Positions 28,252 through 37,931 of a stretch of DNA of 64,000 bases are shown piece after piece; positions within the stretch are counted from its first letter, which is position 1, and each line of letters starts with the position of its first letter. Made by a program: the position numbers and the translations under genes. This stretch comes from a candidate division WOR-3 bacterium. Lineage in GTDB: Bacteria; Hydrothermota; Hydrothermia; UBA1063; CAJXJZ01. The notes under the pieces were generated by a model. It was given only the letters and a program-made list of their open reading frames with translations. It made no database searches and had not been told where the DNA came from. Location of the stretch: NCBI GenBank assembly GCA_026986775.1, contig JALSNX010000030.1, forward strand, positions 79,483 through 143,482, in the 5' to 3' direction.

Positions 28252-31200
28252 ATGAGGCGTTTTGTATTAGCCATACTTTTATCTATGGGATTTCTTCTGG
28301 CAGCAGGAGAGTCCGATATTATGTGGCAACAGACCTTCGGGTCTGATACCGATGATGTTTTTTACAGTGTATCTGTCTGGGACAGCACTCCTTATTATTA
28401 CATTGGTGGAGCTACCATGGCTGGCGGAACGAACTACGACTACTGGATTTTGGCCCTTGACCCTGGTAACAGTTCACCTGTGTGGGAATATACTTTCGGT
28501 GCCGGTGGTCATGAGCAGGCCTACGGCATATCAAATGGTTATGCTCCGGGTTATGGAGGGTTTATAGCCACCACCGGATACACATATTCCTATGGGAATG
28601 GGCAAAACGACTTAATGTCGCTTGCCATGACAGCAGGTGGTAGTTTTCTGGATACCATGCTTATAGGTGGTGCAAGTTATGATGTAGGCTACAGCGTTTT
28701 TGCCGGAGAGGATGGTACCTATGTTGATGCGGGAAGAACACACAGTTATTCTGGTGATGGAGATATGATAGTTACCAAATATATCCTGGCTGACGGCCAC
28801 ATTATTGACACCATCTGGTCACAGGTGTTTCATGCGTCAGATTCCTTTGATGTAGCAACTTCAGTTATAAGGTATCAGGATGTTGATATTGTTGGTGGAT
28901 ATACTAATGGAACTGGCAATTACGACGGGATTATACTTGTTCTGAGTGACTCTTCAGGTGAGAGAGTCGCCGATTACGAATTCAGGGGTTCTGGTAATGA
29001 TTATATCAAGGCCCTTACAGTGGATAGAGATGGCAACATAATTGGTGCTGGATATTCAACAACAGACAGTCATGGTGGTGACGATGTCTGGATTTTTAAA
29101 ATGGCGCCAGATGGCACGGTTTTATGGGATAAAAAGTATGGTGGTCCTCTTGATGACAGGGCAAACAGTGTATTCATTGATTCAAACGGAAATGTTGTTA
29201 TTGGTGGGTACACGGAAAGTTATGGACAGGGAAATGAGGATTGCTTTATCCTCTCTGTGAACCTTGTAGATGGAAAGCCAAACTGGTACAGGGTTTATGG
29301 AGGCTCGGGAACGGATATCCTGTATGGTTCCACACTCGGAAACAAGGGAGAGGGTGTGTTTGTTGGAAAAACTTCGTCTTTTGGTGCAGGTTCCTATGAT
29401 GGCTGGATTATAACGATGAACCTTGATGTTACTCCGTTAAGGATAAGTGGATTTGTTCCCCGTGTGATACCTCTTTCCACCACGAGAAAAATTTATGTGT
29501 ATGGAACCGGATTTTCAGGCTACGATGCAGGTGAGATAAACATAAACTTTGTTGATGCGTCAGGTGTCGTGCAGGCTGCGGTGCATCCTGATGAGGTGAT
29601 TTCTGATGATGAACTTGTGGCAACTGTAAACCTTTCGGGTATCCCCACTGGTTCCTACAGTGTATATATTGATGCAGGAGGAATAGTTACTACCGATACA
29701 CTAAAAGGTGTGGTTTATGTTATAAATCAGGGCGCAGATGAAAAGTATTTGAGTTATGTTAATGTGGGCAGCACGGGACCCATAGGAACCATGGCATCAG
29801 GTGATGCTGACAACGATGGCAGGATAGAACTTTACGCAGGTGGAGGCTATTATCTGGGAAGCACGCTTTACTATCCCCTTATGAAGATAAGTGGCAGTGG
29901 CGGTGGACTTTCAGTTGATACAATATGGAGTATCCGCACAGGTGCCCGTGCGATTGTTATAAGTGATGTTGATATGGATGGGAAAAATGAGATGTACATA
30001 GGTTATGGTGATTTCTCAAGTGGAACTGTTTCCAGACTCAGATGGAATGGCACCTCATGGACGGAAGATACCGTATTGAATACTGATTATGTAATTATGG
30101 GGCTTGATGCGGGCAGCATTTATGGACAGAGTAAAAGGTCACTTTATGCAGTATCCTATGACAGTACATTCTATGAGATTACAAAAACAGCTTCAGGATA
30201 CAGTAAAGACACATTTATGGTTTCAGGTTATGGTGCTTTCATAGATGTGAAATTGGGAGACCTTGAGAGGGATGGTAAGGTAAAGGCCTATGTATCAACT
30301 GCAAGTGGAAAGATTCTGGAAATAAAAAGGGATAGTTATGGCAATTTTGTCTATACCACTATTTCCGAATCTCTAATTAAAAACATAGGAACGATGGGCA
30401 GGCTCTATATAACCGATGCTGATAATAATGGGTATGAGGAACTCTATGCTTCCAGTGTTGTAGGAGTTTATGATGATATTTTTGATCTTAAGATAACATA
30501 CAATAGCGGTGCTTTTGTATTTGATACCATTGGCAGGGAGTTTATTGACTTAAGAACACAGATTATAGTTGAGGACTTAAACGGTGATGGAAAGGTAAAC
30601 CTGTACGGTACGGGATGGTATCACGGTTTTTACAAAGAACCTCTGGAAGATGGCAGTTGGGCATGCGGTGTGGGTTCGGTTTATAATGCCACAATGGAGC
30701 CGGGACAGGCGGCAGGTTATGTTGACCTTGATGGTTCGGGAAATCTCACCATATTTGCAGGCGGCGCAGGTATGCTTTACAGACTTGTGCCCCAGAATAC
30801 AGCACCACAGTTTAAAACCCTTGAGGTGTTTAAATACTTCCCACAGACTGCACCCGAAAATAAAGACTTTAAACTTGTCGTATACGGCAGGGGATTGAAC
30901 AATGCACAGGAAGTAAGACTTGAAGGTGATGCGGGAAGTTTTTCCGGAACGATAGACAGCCGATATTATCCGCGCATTGTGGTTTCTTTTAACGGGATGC
31001 CCGAAGGACACTATAACCTTCTGGTTGTCTCTGCATCCTCAACGGATACAATAAGGGATGCTGTATGTATAAATAAATCCACTTATTATCCTGATGGGAC
31101 CGCCCATATAAGGATTGATACCATGTTTTCCACACCTTCTGGTGTGCCACTTTACAGTCTTGTAAAGGGTGACCTTGATAAGGATGGCCATGTAGAACTT

Positions 31201-34200
31201 TATGCAGGAAGCGCAGGAAAGATATATAAAATCTATAAAGACCCAGTTGCAGACTCTGTTAATATTGAAGATATAGGACTGACATTTTCTTACGATGTCA
31301 GAACCCTTCTTTATGGCGATGTTGACAATAGCGGAGAGAAGAAACTCTTTTACAGGGACAGTATGGATATGGGAGTTATATATTACGATGGCTCATATCA
31401 TAAGGTTTCTTTCCACAAATATCCCAATAATGCATCAGGGTATCTGACAGATAATATAAACCTTGTGGATTTGAACGGTAACGGGTTCAATGAACTTGTT
31501 AATATGTCCTATAACGGACTTCTCAATCTGTTTGAGATATATCAGGACAGTTTTGTGCTTTCAAACACAAAGAGGATATTTACGTCAAATAGTTTTTATA
31601 CAGATGTTGATTATGGAGCTTTTGTGGGTGCACCAGATAATATGGAACTTTATGTCACGGGGACAGATGCATGCTCTGGTAGTTACTGTGATGGTAAGAT
31701 AAAGAGGATAAAATACAACTATGACCTGTGGCAGGTAATTGATGTTTATTCAAATACAGAACCCTATACCATTACCCTATCTCCCATGAAAGTTCTTGCA
31801 GATGATACAGGCAATGACGAATTATTCTTCTTTGATATGGCTGATACTGCTGTATATAGAATGACATACGGTGGCAGTGGGTATTTGAGTACAGGGGTGC
31901 ATACAACGCTGGAAAGTGAACTTATTTTTGACAGGGCTGACCTTGATAATGATGGAACTGTAGAATACTGGGGCATTGGTGATTATTATCTTCGTGAATT
32001 TCTGCTGACGGGTTCTTCCTTTACCACTGTGGACAGCGTGTATTTACCGGATGTAAATGATATTGCAGGATTTGACCTTGATGGGGATAACAAACTTGAG
32101 ATGTATGCCATAACCAGCTATGGAAAAGTTTTAAAGATACATAAAGTTTTTAAGAAGAAATTGAGGGTAAGAAAAACTGACCCTGTAATATTCTCCCGTG
32201 CCTCTGAGGATTCTCTCATTACTATTTTTGGTGGCGGATTTACACTGTTTGATAAAGATTCTTTGAATGTTAACCTGATTGATAAAAACGGTAATTCAGT
32301 CATGGTACTCAATCCGGACACAGTAATGAGCTATACGCGGCTTTCACTTCATTTACCTGTTTCTGCCATCAACCCCGGATGGTATGATATGGTAATTTCT
32401 TATGATACGATAAAATCGGATACTTTAAAAGATGCTGTGTTTATTTCAGGAGAGCCTTTAAAACATTATATATACAGAGTTGATACTATTGGACGTATTG
32501 CCTCGTCGTTAAGATGGTATATTACGAAGGCGGATATGGATGGGGACGGAAGGATGGAATACTATGTACATGATGATGGACATATATACAAAATCACCTA
32601 TAATTATGGCTCACATGCATGGAGTATAAGCACAATTTACACAGGCAATTTGTATGTTTCAAGTCTTGTGGCAGGAGATATGGACCATGATGGTAAGATG
32701 GAACTGTATTTCAGTCCCTTTGCTACAACTCCAACTCCTGTTTACTGTATAAAAATGGAGGCGGATACATACAGAGTAGATAGTATAAGTTATTTCTCCT
32801 CTGGAGCGAAAATAGGCATAGGCGATGCCGACAACGACGGTGAGGATGAACTTCTGGGTTACTCTGTGCATGGTGTTCTGAATGTATTAAACTTCAGAGA
32901 TTCCACATGGGAGAGAAAGACTTATACCATTGAAAGCGTTGCCGCTACTTCTGATATAGTGGTGGCAGATGTGGATAATGATGGATTCAATGAAATCTAT
33001 ACTTACGGTGCGCCTTCAGGACAGACAGATGCAGGTCTTATAAAGATAACACTCGCACCTTATTTAAGTTCAGAATATGTTTACGTAGATTACAATATTG
33101 CAGTGGGTGGCATAAAAATCTATGATATTGACGGCGATGGACAGGAAGAACTCTACACAGGTAGTTATGGCAGTGATGGTAAAACTACGATTTACCTATT
33201 TAGATATTTAAATTCAGGGTATTATTCCTCGGAAGTCATGAAGAATGAAGGTCTTGCAGGAGATATAGGTGTCGGTGACCTTGATAATGACGGTAAAAAC
33301 GAGATTGCCGCTGGTTTTTATTCGCTGCTTGAAATGGTAAAAGAAAATAATGATTACAAACGGATTATAACCGGCATTGATACCATAGTGGGTATTCTCC
33401 CAGCAAGTATAAATGACACCACAAGACTTGACATGCTCGTAACCACCAGAAGCGGTTATCTTGTTCACATCAGTCAGGAGCCCTTACCGATTGATTCTGC
33501 TGTATCAGTAAATGGACTCCTTACATCCATTATTCCTGTTGGTGATTCACTGATAACCGTTTTATATGGCAAAAACCTGAACAATGTGCAGAATATATAT
33601 GTTGAGAAGTCACAGGGCAGTTACCAGAAGGAGGCCACCATTTTAGAGGTATCTTCAGGTGGAAACTATGCAAAGATTGTAATACCGCCTCTTGACACAG
33701 CAGGTTACTACAATGTTATTGTCCACGGTAATGGTGATGATACACTTTACAGCGGGCTTCTGGCTAATAATATCTATTCAGAAACGGATAATGGAATTGT
33801 AGAGATAGATACTTTGAAAGATATAGGTGGAAGAAAGCATAAAGACACCTACTACTATATGAGTATAACCTCAGTTGACCTTGATAAAGACGGCAAGAAA
33901 GAGGTGTATGTCGCAGGAGACAGTTTGTGGACTGTGGACTATGTTGGTGATACCTTTGTGGTAAATTCAATTATGGACATTCCGGGAGTGGCAAACTGCA
34001 TAACATACGGCAGATTCATGAAGGATACGGTATCCCTCTTTGTGGGGACCACTTCAGGTGAAATCTATGAATTGTCACCGAATGATACGGGCTTTACCAT
34101 TTTGAAGGTATTTGACCTTTCCATGGCAGGGCTTTCTTCTTCAATAACAAATGGTATAAAGATAATGGATGTGGACAACGATAAAAACAATGAACTTATA

Positions 34201-35802
34201 GCAGGGTGGGGTAATGGGATGGTTGCGATTTTAAAAGAAAATAACAGTGATATTGACCTTTACATCACTGAATTGCATTCATCTTCAGTTGTGAAATCCA
34301 TTGACATAGGAGATATGGACAGGGATGGCACAAACGATGTTTATGTTAATACTTACGGAACATCGGCCTACCTGAATGATATCCATTATTCTGATACAGG
34401 CTATGTGAAATCAAATATATTCTCTCTTGGAAGTGCAGCGGATATTGGAAAAATAGGGGATATAAACAAAGATGGAAATAGCGAAATTGCAGTTGCCAAT
34501 CACGCTTATCTTTATCTCGGAAGTTACAACAGCGGTTCCTGGAACCTTGACACGGTGATGTCTTCTGGAGGCTCTTACATATTCAGGACTGCGATATTCA
34601 CGGACTTTAAAAATACAGGGAGCAATGACCTTATTGTATCTCACTCAAGCCATCGTCTTTTAAGAGTTGTATCTCATGGTGCAGATTCTTTTGAAATAGA
34701 TACGCTTGTTAGTTTCAGCGATGCAGAACCCATGGATATGACTGCCTGTGACCTTGATAAAGATGGTGAGGTGGAAGTATATGCAGTAAATGGTTCTGGC
34801 AGGATTTTTAGAATAGCATATGTGCATGACACCCTGCCTCCTTCCATGGTAAACATTGTATATCCACAAAACAATACCTGGTTTACAGCAGTGCCTGACA
34901 GTTTCCTATTTATCTGGAACAGCGTAAGTAAGATTGTGAATACCAGAAGGAATAGTATAAAATTTGCTAAATTCACCTTTATGGATTATCCGGATGAAAA
35001 AGGGGTGACACCCGTTAACTATATTGTGGAAATTGCAAGAGACTCTTTATTTGACACCATAACCATGATTGATACCACCTCTGATACAGTATATGTTATT
35101 GCCAAAAAATCTCCTCTTGGAGAGGAAAATTACTTTAGAGTCAGGGCATTTGACCTTGCCGGAAATGAAGGTCCGTACAGTGAGGTTGTAAGATTTGGAA
35201 TTGACAGTATTGTGCCTGTTATTGATTCTGTTACCATACTATCAGATACCACTTACGAGGGACCATTCAATATAGCCATAGGTGCCCATGATGTGCCATC
35301 GGGAATTGATTCTGTTATTCTTTTCTACAGGAGAATGGAGGATACAGCGTGGATAATGGCTCTGGCGGTGCGTGATACACAGGATGTTTACATTGCCACA
35401 ATTCCCGAGGTGAATCTGCAGAACGACTCCGTTAAATACTATATTAGTGTTTCTGATTATGCACATCTTTCTGACACTGCGCCAGCGGGTGCACCTTATG
35501 TTTACTATGAATTTATTGCATCGGGTATAGGTGAAACAAACAGGATAACCCGCTTTGAGATGAATGTTCCTGTGGTATCTGAAAACACGGTGAGATTCAG
35601 TCTAACTGTGCCGGAAAAACAGAGAATAGGTCTGAATATATACGATATACAGGGGAGGAAGGTTATTACCGTGTTGAACAGGAGGCTCTTGAGAGGAAAA
35701 TATACATTCAGTGTCGCCAATCTGAAAAGAGGGGTGTACATTTATCATCTCAGATACGGGAACCGCAGGTTTAATGGCAAATTTATCGTAGTGGGTAAAT
35801 AA
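28252..35802 (+). CDS. giant (2516 aa) T9SS cargo protein: N-terminal propeller-like repeats, four [IPT/TIG-like plus FG-GAP repeat block] modules, one ~107-aa pre-CTD domain, T9SS C-terminal domain
   Basis: Signal peptide MRRFVLAILLSMGFLLAAG. About 25 integrin-alpha-like FG-GAP motifs (GDADNDGRIELYAGG, GDLDKDGHVELYAG, ADVDNDGFNEIYTYG, CDLDKDGEVEVYAVNG and others). Four IPT-like segments (e.g. PLRISGFVPRVIPLSTTRKIYVYGTGFSG). The C-terminus VRFSLTVPEKQRIGLNIYDIQGRKVITV...KRGVYIYHLRYGNRRFNGKFIVVGK matches a Por secretion tail. Confidence 0.85.
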   Translation: MRRFVLAILLSMGFLLAAGESDIMWQQTFGSDTDDVFYSVSVWDSTPYYYIGGATMAGGTNYDYWILALDPGNSSPVWEYTFGAGGHEQAYGISNGYAPGYGGFIATTGYTYSYGNGQNDLMSLAMTAGGSFLDTMLIGGASYDVGYSVFAGEDGTYVDAGRTHSYSGDGDMIVTKYILADGHIIDTIWSQVFHASDSFDVATSVIRYQDVDIVGGYTNGTGNYDGIILVLSDSSGERVADYEFRGSGNDYIKALTVDRDGNIIGAGYSTTDSHGGDDVWIFKMAPDGTVLWDKKYGGPLDDRANSVFIDSNGNVVIGGYTESYGQGNEDCFILSVNLVDGKPNWYRVYGGSGTDILYGSTLGNKGEGVFVGKTSSFGAGSYDGWIITMNLDVTPLRISGFVPRVIPLSTTRKIYVYGTGFSGYDAGEININFVDASGVVQAAVHPDEVISDDELVATVNLSGIPTGSYSVYIDAGGIVTTDTLKGVVYVINQGADEKYLSYVNVGSTGPIGTMASGDADNDGRIELYAGGGYYLGSTLYYPLMKISGSGGGLSVDTIWSIRTGARAIVISDVDMDGKNEMYIGYGDFSSGTVSRLRWNGTSWTEDTVLNTDYVIMGLDAGSIYGQSKRSLYAVSYDSTFYEITKTASGYSKDTFMVSGYGAFIDVKLGDLERDGKVKAYVSTASGKILEIKRDSYGNFVYTTISESLIKNIGTMGRLYITDADNNGYEELYASSVVGVYDDIFDLKITYNSGAFVFDTIGREFIDLRTQIIVEDLNGDGKVNLYGTGWYHGFYKEPLEDGSWACGVGSVYNATMEPGQAAGYVDLDGSGNLTIFAGGAGMLYRLVPQNTAPQFKTLEVFKYFPQTAPENKDFKLVVYGRGLNNAQEVRLEGDAGSFSGTIDSRYYPRIVVSFNGMPEGHYNLLVVSASSTDTIRDAVCINKSTYYPDGTAHIRIDTMFSTPSGVPLYSLVKGDLDKDGHVELYAGSAGKIYKIYKDPVADSVNIEDIGLTFSYDVRTLLYGDVDNSGEKKLFYRDSMDMGVIYYDGSYHKVSFHKYPNNASGYLTDNINLVDLNGNGFNELVNMSYNGLLNLFEIYQDSFVLSNTKRIFTSNSFYTDVDYGAFVGAPDNMELYVTGTDACSGSYCDGKIKRIKYNYDLWQVIDVYSNTEPYTITLSPMKVLADDTGNDELFFFDMADTAVYRMTYGGSGYLSTGVHTTLESELIFDRADLDNDGTVEYWGIGDYYLREFLLTGSSFTTVDSVYLPDVNDIAGFDLDGDNKLEMYAITSYGKVLKIHKVFKKKLRVRKTDPVIFSRASEDSLITIFGGGFTLFDKDSLNVNLIDKNGNSVMVLNPDTVMSYTRLSLHLPVSAINPGWYDMVISYDTIKSDTLKDAVFISGEPLKHYIYRVDTIGRIASSLRWYITKADMDGDGRMEYYVHDDGHIYKITYNYGSHAWSISTIYTGNLYVSSLVAGDMDHDGKMELYFSPFATTPTPVYCIKMEADTYRVDSISYFSSGAKIGIGDADNDGEDELLGYSVHGVLNVLNFRDSTWERKTYTIESVAATSDIVVADVDNDGFNEIYTYGAPSGQTDAGLIKITLAPYLSSEYVYVDYNIAVGGIKIYDIDGDGQEELYTGSYGSDGKTTIYLFRYLNSGYYSSEVMKNEGLAGDIGVGDLDNDGKNEIAAGFYSLLEMVKENNDYKRIITGIDTIVGILPASINDTTRLDMLVTTRSGYLVHISQEPLPIDSAVSVNGLLTSIIPVGDSLITVLYGKNLNNVQNIYVEKSQGSYQKEATILEVSSGGNYAKIVIPPLDTAGYYNVIVHGNGDDTLYSGLLANNIYSETDNGIVEIDTLKDIGGRKHKDTYYYMSITSVDLDKDGKKEVYVAGDSLWTVDYVGDTFVVNSIMDIPGVANCITYGRFMKDTVSLFVGTTSGEIYELSPNDTGFTILKVFDLSMAGLSSSITNGIKIMDVDNDKNNELIAGWGNGMVAILKENNSDIDLYITELHSSSVVKSIDIGDMDRDGTNDVYVNTYGTSAYLNDIHYSDTGYVKSNIFSLGSAADIGKIGDINKDGNSEIAVANHAYLYLGSYNSGSWNLDTVMSSGGSYIFRTAIFTDFKNTGSNDLIVSHSSHRLLRVVSHGADSFEIDTLVSFSDAEPMDMTACDLDKDGEVEVYAVNGSGRIFRIAYVHDTLPPSMVNIVYPQNNTWFTAVPDSFLFIWNSVSKIVNTRRNSIKFAKFTFMDYPDEKGVTPVNYIVEIARDSLFDTITMIDTTSDTVYVIAKKSPLGEENYFRVRAFDLAGNEGPYSEVVRFGIDSIVPVIDSVTILSDTTYEGPFNIAIGAHDVPSGIDSVILFYRRMEDTAWIMALAVRDTQDVYIATIPEVNLQNDSVKYYISVSDYAHLSDTAPAGAPYVYYEFIASGIGETNRITRFEMNVPVVSENTVRFSLTVPEKQRIGLNIYDIQGRKVITVLNRRLLRGKYTFSVANLKRGVYIYHLRYGNRRFNGKFIVVGK

Positions 35803-35803
35803 A

Positions 35804-36028
35804 ATGCAGAACCTCGTTGTAAAGGTCAGAGAGGGAGAGATTGTATTTAAAAGCGCCGTCCTGAAAGGTGCCGACATTAAGATTTACAGGGAGGATGGGG
35901 AAATGGTATTTGCAAGGGAGAACCATCCCATAGACCACCTCACTGTGAAGAATCTGAAGAAGGGTGTGTATAAATACACAATAAACTCAGGCGGGCAATC
36001 TCTTTCAGGGAGGGTGGTGGTGATATAA
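35804..36028 (+). CDS. orphan T9SS C-terminal-domain-like small ORF (74 aa) with no signal peptide
   Basis: The ATG lies 2 nt after the giant gene's TAA, in a different frame. The sequence VVKVREGEIVFKSAVLKGADIKIYREDGEMVF...KNLKKGVYKYTINSGGQSLSGRVVVI has the strand pattern and terminal hydrophobic residues of a Por secretion tail. There is no obvious RBS. Confidence 0.4.
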   Translation: MQNLVVKVREGEIVFKSAVLKGADIKIYREDGEMVFARENHPIDHLTVKNLKKGVYKYTINSGGQSLSGRVVVI

Positions 36029-36034
36029 ATTTAT

Positions 36035-36094
36035 GGGGCCCTCCGGCTTCCCCCCACACGATACCCATCTTTCGGAGGGCCCTTCTTTTTTATT
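36035..36094. terminator. bidirectional intrinsic terminator between convergent genes
   Basis: ggggccctccg...cggagggccc forms a 10-bp GC stem with a long loop. It is followed by TTCTTTTTTATT on the plus strand and by an A/T-rich run on the minus strand. It sits between the stops of the 35804 ORF and the sigma-54 activator gene. Confidence 0.6.
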
Positions 36095-37931
36095 ATAATT
36101 TATCTTTTTTTATGTCGTATTTTTCCATTATTCTGTAAAGATGTCTTCTTGATATACCCAACTTCTCTGCTGCCTTTGTTATATTAAAGTTTGTTTCTCT
36201 TAAAACCCTTTTCACCACCTCTGGATTGTTGTAGTCTCTATCTTTCTGTACATTTCTCAGCTCTTCAGGAAGATGGTGGCTCTTTATAATTTTTTCTCTG
36301 GCAGAGATTACCGCCGCTCTCGTGATGATATTTTCTAATTCCCGAATATTTCCCGGAAAGTCATACGATAGGAGTAAAGATATTGCATCCTGTGAGAGCC
36401 TTTTGTCAGGTGCTATGTTTTTCAGGAAGTGTCTTGCAAGCACAGGTATATCCTCTTTTCTTTGCCTGAGAGGCGGAAGGTAAATCTGGAAAACATTGAG
36501 CCTGTAATACAAATCTTCCCTGAAATAGCCTTTATTTAATAACTCTTTTAGGGGTCGGCTTGTTGCACCGATAATGCGTATATCTACCCTTTTTGGAGCG
36601 GGACTGCCGAGAACCTCAATCTCTTTAAATTGTATGAGTCGCAACAGTTTAGCCTGAATTTCAAGAGGCAGTTCTGCAAGTTCGTCCAGAAATAGTGTCC
36701 CACCATCAGCCATTTCAATTTTACCCTTTTTATCCTTATAGGCCCCGCTGAATGCACCCTTTTTGTAACCAAATAACTCGGCCTCAAATAATTCCTTAGG
36801 TATTGTGGCACAGTTAATGACGACAAAAGGTCCATCTTTTCTTTTGCTATTCTTATGAATTGCCTTTGCTATAAGTTCCTTACCTGTTCCACTTTCGCCA
36901 ACTAAAAGACACGGTACATCTGTTGGAGCCACTTTTGTTATTGACTCAAGGATTTCAACAAATTTCTCACTTTCTCCTATAAGTCCGGAAAAGTCATAGT
37001 GTTCCTTTAAATAGGCCAATCTCTCACGGACTTTTTTGGGATAAACAATACTTCTTGTAAGAACGGCGCTTATTTCACTGGATAGATACTCTGCCATTTT
37101 CAGGTGTGTTTTTTGAAATATGCCTTCCATTGTCCTGTTTTCAAGGTATATGACTGCCAGGAGGTTGTTTTCTTCCATGAGTGGAAAAGCCAGAACTGAC
37201 CGGATATTAAGTGACATTATACTCGTAAACGCTCCCCATGTGGGGTCCTCCACCGCATTTGAGATGATTAGAGGCTCTCTGGATTCTATAACTTTGGTGA
37301 TGATTGATCTGGGCAGTGGGTCATGAGTGGCTATATCCTCTGTGAGACCATGATAGTAAACAGGCTGGTATTCTCCGTTTAGACTTACCTTTACAATTAC
37401 CGCTCTTTCTGCTCCCGTAAGGTCTACAATGTTTTCAAATATAAATGATAAGAGGTGTTCATTATCCAGTTTGTCTATAACCTCAGTCAGGTTATAGAGA
37501 AATTTATACATAGCAAGTTCCTGCTTTAATTCCTCATGTTCATCCAAAAGAGCAATAATCTCATCTATAACTCCTGAGTACTCTTTTTTCTCGCTCCTGA
37601 GCTGGCACAGAAAATCCTTAACATTCTGTATGCTCCTGGGGTTTACATCTTCAGGAATATCTAGGCTGAATTCAAAGCTAACAGGCCCAAATCCGATTAT
37701 ATCATGGTCATTTAGCAAAACCTCGGTTGACACCGGGTTACCATTTACTGTGGTGCCGTAAGTGGAATTTAAGTCCCGCAAAAACCATTTATTGCCCTTT
37801 TTCAGGATTTCAGCATGATTTCTGGATATATATGAATTTTGAATTACAATATCTGCATCCTCTGACCTTCCTACTACAACCTTATCCTTATCAATGTTGT
37901 AAAGAGTGTCTTTTCCCTTAAGATATGGCAT
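36093..37931 (-). CDS. sigma-54-dependent transcriptional activator (enhancer-binding protein) with N-terminal FHA domain and central GAF domain
   Basis: FHA signature VVVGRSEDADIVIQNSYISRNHAEI...YGTTVNG. A GAF-like region follows. The AAA+ sigma-54 interaction domain has Walker A GESGTGKE and GAFSGA (the GAFTGA loop variant). C-terminal Fis-type HTH KAAEKLGISRRHLYRIMEKY. The ATG overlaps the kinase gene's stop (TAATG). Confidence 0.85.
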   Translation of the reverse strand: MPYLKGKDTLYNIDKDKVVVGRSEDADIVIQNSYISRNHAEILKKGNKWFLRDLNSTYGTTVNGNPVSTEVLLNDHDIIGFGPVSFEFSLDIPEDVNPRSIQNVKDFLCQLRSEKKEYSGVIDEIIALLDEHEELKQELAMYKFLYNLTEVIDKLDNEHLLSFIFENIVDLTGAERAVIVKVSLNGEYQPVYYHGLTEDIATHDPLPRSIITKVIESREPLIISNAVEDPTWGAFTSIMSLNIRSVLAFPLMEENNLLAVIYLENRTMEGIFQKTHLKMAEYLSSEISAVLTRSIVYPKKVRERLAYLKEHYDFSGLIGESEKFVEILESITKVAPTDVPCLLVGESGTGKELIAKAIHKNSKRKDGPFVVINCATIPKELFEAELFGYKKGAFSGAYKDKKGKIEMADGGTLFLDELAELPLEIQAKLLRLIQFKEIEVLGSPAPKRVDIRIIGATSRPLKELLNKGYFREDLYYRLNVFQIYLPPLRQRKEDIPVLARHFLKNIAPDKRLSQDAISLLLSYDFPGNIRELENIITRAAVISAREKIIKSHHLPEELRNVQKDRDYNNPEVVKRVLRETNFNITKAAEKLGISRRHLYRIMEKYDIKKDKL

